DNA of 64,000 nucleotides, filler included, from Dugesia japonica (lineage: Eukaryota), in the NCBI GenBank assembly GCA_001938525.1. It is 6 parts of 6 records of this genome, joined end to end, with 100 filler letters (N's around TTAATTAATTAA, not from the genome) between each part and the next. Parts side by side here need not be neighbours in the genome. Positions count along the whole stretch, not along the records: positions 53,519 to 64,000 come from MQRL01600731.1; 5 more parts are not named here. One strand, 5' to 3'. Position numbers and translations under genes: made by a program. Positions 53,519-64,000 of the stretch are shown in pieces; position 1 is the first letter of the stretch, and each line of letters starts with the position of its first letter. A model generated the notes under the pieces. That model made no database searches, was not told the DNA's origin, and worked only from the letters and a program-made list of their open reading frames with translations.

Positions 53519-56500
53519 GAATTTTGAAATAAGAGTAAAAAAGCTTGTTCACGATATATTTGAAAGCAAAAGATCACCAGAGGAAATATCAAAAGTTTTT
53601 ATTCTGAATGGTTTAAGAAGTGGGAAATTTAAAGAATCCTTTGCCCTCCAACGAGAATTAAATGACGATAAACGTCGAGGATTGGCTGGAAACCTTCATA
53701 AATTTGTAGCGAAAAGTATTGAAAATGTAGTCAACGAAAGCTATGCAAGTGCAGTTAAGAGATCAGCTTTTGAAACAGAACTTAATAAAATGGGAAATGA
53801 TTACAGAGGACAATATTTTCATCACAAAGAATATACTCCAAAATATTCTGGAATTTCTAGAAAACCGACAAAAGATTCAAGGATTGGTAATAATATGCAA
53901 CAATTAAAAGATATAAATGAATAACAAAAAAGAAAATTTCCAAAACATTCTCTGAAATATGTAGCAACAAAAATTTAAAATAGATGTCATACTAAAGCAC
54001 CTCCAGAGTAGAATTCCTACAGCATGGTGCTTGTTTTTGCTGTTGAGAAACAAACCATAGAAGAATAAACTGTCCTTTCAAAAATAGGTAGTTAATATAC
54101 AGTAAAAAAGGCCATGCTTTCAAAAATTGTGCATTGTTACAAAGACAGCACATTAACCAAAGAATATTATGCATAGCAGAACAAGAAAAAGAATCCTTAA
54201 ATGAATGTGACTCCTTAATTGATTTTGAACATGATGCAATAAATATCTTAGAAAATACTGAAAAAATGACCAGCAACTCACTGTGTTCATCTCGTCAGTG
54301 AGGTTGCATTAAAGAATTTTAAAGAGAAAAATCGAGATATTGATAGGAGACCTTATGTTAAACTGATGTATCAAAAACGTGATGGTAGAAATTGGAGTAG
54401 TGTAAATTGTAATGGAATTAGTGTAGAGATGTTATGGGATTCTGGAGCATCTGTCTCAGTGAAGAGTGAGGAAATTTGGAAGTAAATAGGTTCACCTAAA
54501 ATTCAATTTTCAAATGAAATGCTTGCTGGAGTATTTTTTGAGGAAAAAAATGCATAGAAAAGCTAGAATTAAATTATTTTGGAATAAAAAGCATATTGAG
54601 AAAGAAATAACTATTGTTAAAGACATTTGTCCAAATTTTATTAGTGGTATTGATATAATGGACGCGTTTGGAATGGGAATAAAAGAGATCAATTTCATAG
54701 ATTCAAAAGATTTTATATGCAAAAATAAAAAAATTTGATAATAAAAAGATTAATGCACTCAAGCTAAATGCCAACAATAGAATAATTGAATTACTTGATA
54801 AATATGACCACATATTTATGAATTCAAAATTTAACGTAGGGTTAACAAATATTACAATACATAAAGTAGAAACTAAAGGAGAACCCGTATCGATAAATCC
54901 AAGAAGACAACCAATGCACTTAGAAGGCAAAATAGAATAATTAATACAAAATCTATTATCAGCAAATGTTATAAAACCTTGTCGAAGTACATAAGTGATT
55001 GTTCCAAAAAAAATTGGTTCTCTAAGAATGTGCCTTGATTTTAGGAAATTGAATTCGGTAACTGAAAAATATTCATTTCCTTTTCCAGATATAAATATAT
55101 AATGGAACATTATTGGATATATTATTAGATGCATTAAATAGCTCTATGTTTTTCTCATCAATTGATCTAATACAGGTATATTATCAAATTGAATTAACTG
55201 AGAAGTCAAAATTAAAAACAGCTTTCATCACAAAAATGGGATAATTTTGTTTAAATCGCATGCCGTTCGGATTATGCACTGCTCCTGCAACATTTCAAGA
55301 ATTAATGCATAAAATTTCCCACAAGATGTTATTTACTGGAGTGCTCGTTTATCTTGATGACATTTTAATTTTTATCAGACACAAGAAATTTATGATAAAC
55401 ATTTACAAAATGTGTTGGAATTAATTGAACAATCTGATCTAAAAATTAATCCTGAAAAATGTATATTTAATGTATCAAAACTCATATTTCTTGGTCATAC
55501 AATCAATTCTAAAGGTGTTGAAACAAATGATGATATTATTAATAAAGTAAAAGAAGCTGTTATTCCAAAATGTGCAACCCAAATTTGAACGTTCTTGAGA
55601 TTGACAAATTATTATCGTAAATTTATTAAAGATTACGCAAAAATTGCCAGTCAATTATATGCAGCAAAAACTGGATCGAAAGAAGTTGTAGAGTGAACTG
55701 AAGAATGTGACAGCAGTTTTAAACTACTAAAAAAAAATTATGATCTTCTCCAAATCTTGGCATTTCCGAATCATCAAAGTAAAATAATATTAGATACAGA
55801 CGCTAGTTTCAATGCAATTTGTGCTGTTTTGGGTCAATTGTCGAGAGATGGTGTGGAAAATGTTATTGCTTATGCATCTCGTAATTTGAATGATCATGAA
55901 AAGGGTTATTTTGTAATCAGAAAAGCATTATTGACACTACACGAATTTAGGATTCATTTCAAACATTATCTCTATGGAAAAAGGTTCATCGCCCGAACTG
56001 ATCGTAAGGCATTAGTGTGTGTGTGAGAAAAGCAAGTAAACCAATTAGTTCATGGTTCTAGACGTGCATTACAAACCTAGCAGAATTTGATTTTGATCTT
56101 CAATTTTGTAAAAGCATTGATCATGGTAATGCTGATGGATTATCAAGAATAGGAGAAATTTTATCTGCCCAATGTTTGTCGATTCATCACGATGCAAAAG
56201 GTAAAAAATCTAGAGTTAGAAGAATTAATATTGTAGAAAGCTCAAGTTATGATAAAGAAATTATAATAAAAATTCAAAGTAATGATCAAATCATCAAAGA
56301 GATAATTGAATATATTTAAGATCAAAGCTTCCAAGTTAATAAAAATTTAAATCAAAGTAAATACTTCAGAGATATTGATAAATTCGTCATGGAAGAAGAT
56401 AAATTGCTGTTTTTTGAAAAAATTTAGAAGAGGATTGTTTTTTGCAAGTAAATGAGACGTTAATTTAATAAATTACATTCATGAAGAATAATGTCACTTG

Positions 56501-57300
56501 CGAACGAGAAAATTAACTGAATATATTCAAACAATTTATTTTTGACTTGATATGCTCAGAACAATTGAATATGAGTTTAAAAATACTTACTTTGCAATCA
56601 AAGTAAAACATATACAAGCAAAACCAAAGAATTTTTATTACCTATAACCGAATTTGGAGCACTAAAACAGATTGTCATTGATATAGCTTATTTTGATGAA
56701 TCAAAGTTAAAGAAGAAGTATGTTTTAGTCATTATAGATTGATACAGCTAACTTGTTAGCCTGTCAGCCATGGCAAAACAAGACAAAAAATCTGTAGTTT
56801 AATCAATAAAAGAGAATTGGATATATAGATTGGGCAAGCCCAAATATATACTGACAGATATAGGCAAGATATTCGAAGGAAAATCGATGAAAGGAATGCA
56901 ACTGGAGCATCACTGTTTGAAATAATTTATGGAAGAAAAATTATGATTCATGAACCAATACTAAATAATAATACAAGCATTAGAGAAGGTAGAGAATTAG
57001 TAGATAAAAATATGAAAAATTCGGCTCTGAAATCAAATGAATATGAATCAGATAAAGGAATACGCCGGAATTTTGCTGAAGAGGAAGAAGTTCTAGTAAA
57101 GGTAGAACCTTAGAACTTGAAGAAAAATGGATACAGAAATGAATGTTCTATTGAAATATTAAAATTTCTAAGCCCACATCAAAATCTTTTAAATTATTCT
57201 GGAATCCCTAAACCACGAAGGATCGAGTGGCTAAAAAAACAGATGTTCAAAAATATTAGGAAGGAGGTATGTTAGATATAATATTTAAACATATTTGTTT
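53519..57300 (+). mobile_element. Decayed Gypsy/Ty3 LTR retrotransposon (gag-PR-RT-RH-IN, PPT, start of 3' LTR)
   Basis: CFCC*ETNHRRINC knuckle (54032), LWDSGASVSV (54432), RMCLDFRKLN (55025), [42 protein letters not shown], integrase remnants; AGGAAGGAGG-TA-TGTTAG at 57258-57275. Confidence 0.92.
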
Positions 57301-57849
57301 AAATATTATTGATTTATTATTATTTTAATGAACTTTGAAAATGTCTAATTTTGAATTACAAAATCTAACTATAATTATTAACCAATGAAAATTAATTTTA
57401 ATCAGATTAATTTAAATTGTGTTTTAATTTCAAAGTTTGTAATCAAATTTAACACAAAATGTCAGAAATTCTGGCACACTCAACTATCACATTACCTTTC
57501 CATCATCTACCGAAATCTATCAACTACCAACAAACCTATTAAGGTTAAAAAATCAACGCGCGATAACTCATACGACTGTGTCAATGCGCCACTACCCTTT
57601 GTAAACCAAACCACCCATACCACTTCATAAGTCCTTTAGACAATGTATAGATAGTATTTTATTTCAAACACACCCATACCATAAAACCTACAAAAAAATT
57701 AAAATCAAGATCTCTACACCTTCCTCAAGTCTAGTTTTACTCTTACACACAAACCACCCCCACATGACTTACTTGAAACTGATCACCTAAACTTTCCAAA
57801 CACCCACAAATTTTAAAAATTAAATTTACACACACACCTCCAGGATAAA

Positions 57850-60260
57850 ATTTTCAATCTAGATAAAAAAAATGATCCGATTAAAATTATTTTAATCCAA
57901 AAAATTTTAGAAAAAAACTTTCACAAAAAATACTAGCACAAAAATTCTAGCACAATCGTAATCTATTATCAAACAAACATTTCAGTTCCAGTATTCACGG
58001 TACCAGGCAATTCGGTAACATGGAAACATAATTTAATAGGCTATTTAACATGATTAAATCTTTAAAAATTCAAATCTGAAAAAGTCGCAAAAGTTATTAT
58101 TTATTATTCGGTAATATGGAAATATTTGATGTAACAAGTTTATTTACTAATGTTCCATAAAGAGAAAATTGATTTGTGTTGTGAAATATGGAGTGAGTTT
58201 TATCCTAAAAAATTTTTAATGATAAAGCCTTTCGAGACCTTTTAACTTTTGTAACATTGAATGTTCAATTTTTTATTAATGATGAATGATATAGACAAGT
58301 TGATGGCGTGGCCATGTCTAAATGAGAGAGTTAGATTAATGATTATTATTCTGTTAAACCTTTAGTTTACAATTAATTAATTGAGATAAAAAATAATTTT
58401 GAGAGTTAATTTAAAATTAAAATTCATAATTAAAATGAACTAATAAAATTTCGATAAAATCTGAAGAATTATGTAACATGGATCTGTTGTGTTGATTCTA
58501 CCAAGAAGCCATCATTTTTCTGAAGAAGACTTTTGTCGAAAATTTGTATTTTTATACAAATATACTTTATTTTTGATCAAAGTCTTTTCTTTATTTTGAT
58601 GAAATCTTTGGTTTTTTCTTGTTTTTGAAAATCTCTCCAAGTACATAGCTTTTTTCGAGTATATGACTAGCTTGCATCCAAATATAGGCTTTACGGTTGG
58701 AGATTCAACTATTCCGTTTATTAATATAATACTTTTTGAAAGAAAGAATAACTTCTTGGAAACAGAAATATATAGAAAGAATACTGATACCGGTTTGTTT
58801 ACAAATCCTACCAATTTTTGTGTCAAAAAATTTAAAGTAATATGATTAAAGGATTTCATAAAAATAAATAAAACCTCGATCAAAATAAAATAAATTTTTA
58901 AAAAAATTCTAATTTTCGACAAAAGTCTTCTTTAAAATTTATTTCCATTTGCAAAGATCAAAACGATGTAAATCTTCTAAATTATTAATTTTCATTAGTC
59001 ACTACTTATACAAATTCTTTATAGTTTATCAAAATTTTTTTGGTTTATAAATTTTAATTTTAAATTAACTCAAATTAACTCTTAAACTTGTTTAATTAAA
59101 TCAAAAAATCTTGTAAATGTTTAATTATTAATAATTCTTCAACTAATAATAAAATATTTAAAAGATTTTTTGATTTAATTAAAAAAGTTTAAGAGTTAAT
59201 TTGAGTTAATTTAAAATTAAAAATAAAATTTATAAACCAATAAAATTGTGATAAAATAGAAACCATTTTGTAACAAAGATCTATTGTCGTTTGGAATATA
59301 TCAAGAAGTCATCATTTTCCTGAAGAAGACTATTGTCGAGAATTGAAATTTCAATAAAAATACATTTTATTTTGATCGAAGCTTTTTCTTTATTTTAATG
59401 AAATCTCAAATGCGATCAATGGTTAATTTCCCCACAATTATTCTCGCAATTATATAAATGCGTAAAGGACTAATTCATCGTTCTTGGGACCTCTCTTCTA
59501 CTTTAATCAATACAAACAAGAATCTGAATAAATTAATTGATTTTCTTTATAAAAATGGGTATTCTAAATTTTATATTAGTATTTAAACTTTGAATAAACT
59601 AAATTGTGATTTCTCTTGTGCTGACGTGTCTGTGATTGTGGTTAAATTGTTTTATCATTACCTTATTCTTGAGGCTTTAAAAACTTTAAAATTCTATTAA
59701 AAATGGTCTTAAGGATATTTTAAATATAGAAGTTGTATTTCAATCTCACAAAGTTATAAATATGTTCCATAATAAGCCTATAACCTCTTTAGGATTGTGT
59801 TCTGATCTGATCTATCAATTTAAACGTAATGGGTGTAATGCTACATACATTGGAGAGACTTCCCATCATCTCTGTACTATATTTCAAGAGCATAGTTGAA
59901 ATAATTGAAATAGTAATATTGTTGAGCATCGAAGAGTATGTATAAAATCAATAGGATTTTCTGATTTTAAGATCTTGTGCACTAGATTTAATAATCAACG
60001 GGATACAGTGATGTGTGAAGCTTTGTTGTTAAGAGCATTTAATCCTAAAATTAATGTTCAGTTGATGGATTCATTAAAATGAATGGATTCTTAAAATTAT
60101 TTTATTAATTATGTATTAGATTGCATAATTGACGTTATATAATCATTGAAATTTTAAACGATAGTGTATTTAATGATTTGCCTAATGATGACGGTTTTTC
60201 GTCGAAAAAAGATTTTATTAAATAGCTTTCTTTTATTTTTATAAAAAAGCTGCCAATGTT
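57850..60260 (+). mobile_element. Decayed Penelope-like element (RT + GIY-YIG + HHR tail) with nested HHR elements
   Basis: FDVTSLFTNVP (58125), YRQVDGVAM, LHPNIGFT...ETEIYRKNTDTGL, DLIYQFKRNGCNATYIGET (59804), CEALLLRAFNPKINVQ; degenerate HHR TTGC-CTaATGA-T-GACG..CGTC-GAAA at 60178-60207. Confidence 0.88.
58400..59452. mobile_element. Long versions of the HHR element: one direct copy (~58400-58606) and one fold-back (~58853-59452)
   Basis: Cores at 58520 (+), ~58908-58932 (-) and 59320 (+). ~58853-59125 is inverted against ~59155-59405; hairpin tail at 59435. Confidence 0.8.
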
Positions 60261-60769
60261 TTATGAATTTTTAAATATGAAAATCTACAAGAGATTTGTT
60301 ATTTATTTATAATTGTATAATACAAAAATATTTAATCTATCTTGTATTCAAAGCCGTGGGATATAAGAAAAAGCGACATTAAGCCCTCAAATTTATAATA
60401 ATAAAACAAAATTTATTTTATCATCATTTAAACGAATTAATTTTTCCCCTACAACTCCATCTTGGCAATAAGATTTATTTCTTTGATTAAATATAAATTA
60501 GCTGTCTTTTAATTTTTTACTGAAAAGGTTTACATATGGATCTCAATACCGGTAAAGTGCTAATTACACCTTAAATGTTTTACCGGTAATTCGGTAATTG
60601 GAAAATCAGGATTTCAAGTTTTGTATTTAATAGATTTTCTATTGGGAACTAATTGTGACATAAACATAACATCTAGCTTCTTATTAGTTATCGATAATTT
60701 ACGGAAACATCAGAAATTAGATGGAATAAAAGTATACTAGTATACAGATTTATAATTCTGCACTGCGGC

Positions 60770-60910
60770 TAGGGTTTGCAAACCGGTTAAAACCGGTTTT
60801 TAAAAACCGGGTTTTCAATGAAAAACTAAAAACTGAAAATATAACCTGAAAATATAACTAATCTGAAAAATAACCTGGTAATTTTTTAAACAGCATTTAA
60901 AAAAACGGAT
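60770..60910 (+). mobile_element. hAT-like left end
   Basis: TAGGGTTTGCAAACCGGTTAAAACCGGTTTT with AACCGG repeats. Confidence 0.5.
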
Positions 60911-60999
60911 TAGCATAAATTTTACACAAGAAGACAAACTACTAATTCTCAATTTCATAATTTTTATTGGAAATTCTAATGTAATAAATCAGAAATAGT

Positions 61000-63900
61000 A
61001 TTTTTCTGTAAAATAAACAAAAATTTTGAATAAGATCTGTAAATTGTCAGCTGATCAGTTTAGAACCACTAGGAAGATTTATATAGAATGGTAACGATGA
61101 ACACAAAGATATGATCATTTATCTAGGAAGAACGGCATAGAACCGCCAAAGAGACTCGTAAGGAGTCAACCACATGAATAGCATAGAACTATCGGAAAAC
61201 ACTTGCTGCACCGAAATTGTTAGAGAAAACATAGATAAATAGTTTTCACACATAAGTATCCACGATCTTTACATAGATCTTTAGAAGAACTACTTGAGAC
61301 GAAGAATTTATTGGCCCCAGAACAGGTCCTCCTCGGACGCTGAATATGGCCATTCGTTGGATGTTATTGAATTGGGGCTATGGGTGGCTGGGTAACTTGG
61401 TCATCTAACTTCTGCATTGAGTATTTATCAAAAAACTGACTTGGGAGGTTACTGATCGACTGTTTGTTTTGTAGCTATAGAAAGTCTGTTCTACTTTGGT
61501 TAAATTAATCTGTCGTGGAGGAATCACCACTCGAATTGGTGTTTCCTTCAAAAAAGCATTTTCATCGTGTAATTTCTTCACGGTTTCTCAAGGTTTTGAA
61601 TATCGTTATCATACAACTTCCTCTTGGATTTCCATCACTGACTTTCTGCTGTTAGACTAACATTTTTTGCTAGAAGATGTTTAACCATATTGTCCAAGTT
61701 CTGGATGTCCATTTGATATCGTTCTTTTTCAAATCTCTTTAAATGGGTTTCTTTTATTAGTCGTTCATTCTCTTTCGGAAATTGATTCCATTTTCTTAAT
61801 TAAAATACACATAAATCATAATATTGAATATTTAATTCATAAAACGTTAGGAACTACTGATTATAAAGATTACTGATTAAGCAAATTTTAATTGAGACCG
61901 GTATTTACAAATTGTTTAGTAGTATTTCCTTTGTTACTTTTACTGTACTGTATGTTTATTTACAATTTACCGTGTATACCACTCATAGATACACCACATG
62001 CCACTCCTCAATTGGCCATTTACACACTACACATCGTTTGAACTCATTTCTCTAATGACATTTCTGACAAATTGCTACATGCCCACAAGGTAAATTCAAA
62101 ACTGAAACTGCTTCCACTTTGCATTCTTTACATCTCATCATTTGCTCCGTCTTTGCCTTGTATATTAATGACACTGTCTCCTCAAACTCTTTCATCTTCG
62201 TGATTAGCTGCTAAACTTCATTGAAAAACTGAACATTTCCCAATCGCCGCTTGCTGATATTCCAATAATATTCATTCCACACCTCTTTCTCATTCTTATT
62301 TGCTTGTTGCATCGTCAATACTCCGACTANCCTTAAAATAGNATTTTAATAACCAAATATTTCCTCAAAATATGACACATTATCATNNTTCATCCTCTGA
62401 TTAATTTNTTGTAATTCTGCTATTGATTTCTGTTCTAAACTTGACTTCTCCATCATTATTGTTTCCACAACACAGCTCNACAATCTTNNGAAATCTTCAG
62501 ACATTCTATATACAAATTGGAATTATTCTTATTACGCACTGATTAAATAAATATAATTTTTGTTCTACTTCTACCATACTTTTACTGTTTTTGATTTTGA
62601 AATACAAGTTTTTTGTTTTTTACATAGTAATACAATTACTATTAAGCATAAACTTTTACAATAGTCTACATTTTGGCATCTACTATCATAGATTACTCTC
62701 TTCTCCATACCACACCCTCTCACTCGTCTCGATAGTGTTCAGGATGGCGGATATGCTCGGTAATCAATTAATTTGAAATAAGATAAGCTCTGCATTATAT
62801 GCTTTTAACTCATTCACTTGATGTCTCAGATCCTCTACTATTTTGTTAGTTTCATTCAAGGTAAAAATTCTGATTTTCGGTAATGTGTCATCACTGGTTC
62901 TCCACTATTTTATTCAATCAGTGTATCTGCATCACATAAAAGTTTTGATTCTCTACCAGGGTTGCATTCAATTGCCGGGTTTGTTGCAATTGTCCGTTTA
63001 GTACATCCGAATTTCTCATTACGCTCCTATAGTGTTGGTCCCACAAATTCTCTATTGTAAAATAAGGATTTAAAGGTTGATTAAGCATCTAGGTATATGT
63101 TCGTGCTGGTTACTCCGTAATTGCTCTGTCAGTGTCGTCAAGATCCGCATTTACTGTTAGATGTTCATTAATTGTCATTTGTTTTTGTTCCATTTTACTA
63201 AATAAATGCTACTATAAACACTATCGTGATCCATTTCAAAATCAAATTTATTCAATCACTCAATACTTTAATTTACTTAATCAACTATGCTCTACTTTAC
63301 ATTTCGAGCTACTCAAAAACTAAATTGTGTATCCTGCTGTTACATTTCACGTAATTTATTTACAACTTTACTTTCACCACTACTCAATAATTCCACCACA
63401 GCTCAATTCCTCCCTCAGGAACTCCTGATCACACAAACTCTCTTGGTGGATGCAAATATTTTGCCGTAAAATCTCTTAACTCCGGTTCTAATCGCAGTCT
63501 CGGATATCGCCCTCGTTTCGCTTAACAAATTAACATTGTTATAATCGTCATCATGATTATCGCAATGACACTTGCTACTCCACCGCTGAGTCCTGCTGAC
63601 CAATTCTCTTCATTTTTCATTTTTCTTTGCTCCGTGATTGCCTTGAACTTTAACTTGGCTTTACCCGAAAATGTCCTTCGTGAACTGGTCCTTACCAATT
63701 TTCGCATGAATTGATCAATAAAATCCTCTTACTTTTTTTAAATACATTTGATCGTATCTTCACTGGTTTAATTCGTATTGTTATTTTCTCATATTCCACT
63801 GTCGTTGTGCTTTCCGCTTCTTGTTGGACTTTATGTTTATAATTCTCCAACTTTTCCACCACTTTTTCTAGTGTCGGTATTAGCCTAATTGACTTTTTGA

Positions 63901-64000
63901 ATTGTTCCACACCAGGGTCTCCGTGTTCGTCGTTTTCTTTTATAAATTGTACTGTTTTCGCTATAATTTTTGTGACTTTGCTTTGTATTCAGTATCGTTC
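61000..64000 (-). mobile_element. Probable 3' part of a giant Gypsy-like retrotransposon
   Basis: Decayed coding run with KVVEKLENYKHKV (resembles the Gypsy integrase C-terminal GPY/F region), hydrophobic segments, the RING finger and a downstream coiled-coil ORF. No RT/IN core or LTR inside the window. Confidence 0.45.
61983..62285 (-). pseudogene. C-terminal IAP-type C3HC4 RING finger of a long decayed ORF
   Basis: 62132->61983: CKECKVEAVSVLNLPCGHVAICQKCH*RNEFKRCVVCKWPIEEWHVVYL*. All eight ligands present; one TAG at 62054-62052. Confidence 0.85.

Noticed and set aside
62300-63700. Envelope glycoprotein gene
   Set aside because: Hydrophobic segments exist, but no recognisable fusion-protein cysteine pattern or furin site plus fusion peptide; the only clear domain is the RING.

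Overview
Very AT-rich, gap-ridden eukaryotic DNA, almost entirely decayed mobile elements. The composition, (AAT)n microsatellites and giant Gypsy fragments suggest a triclad planarian, but that is inference. Five identical 100-bp spacers (44 N + TTAATTAATTAA + 44 N) split the window into six joined sequences, so adjacency across them is not evidence. Contents: (i) Penelope-like element (PLE) remnants plus at least three families of very short hammerhead-ribozyme (HHR) motifs, including an abundant non-coding element (HHR + 3' hairpin, about a dozen fragments) that often occurs as a fold-back; (ii) Polinton/adintovirus-like remnants: minor and major capsid, adenain protease, an exonuclease-like ORF, two protein-primed PolB copies and candidate AG-starting termini, with a shared GTATAAACAAT motif at gene junctions and T-box-like repeats near one end; (iii) two giant Gypsy-like fragments, one with a long leader, paralogous coiled-coil ORFs and a three-knuckle gag, the other ending in an IAP-type RING finger; (iv) a conventional decayed Gypsy, a non-LTR RT, and Merlin, mariner, maT, hAT, piggyBac and pogo remnants; (v) one probable host exon of a claudin-superfamily gene. 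All translations and alignments were done by eye; no searches were run.
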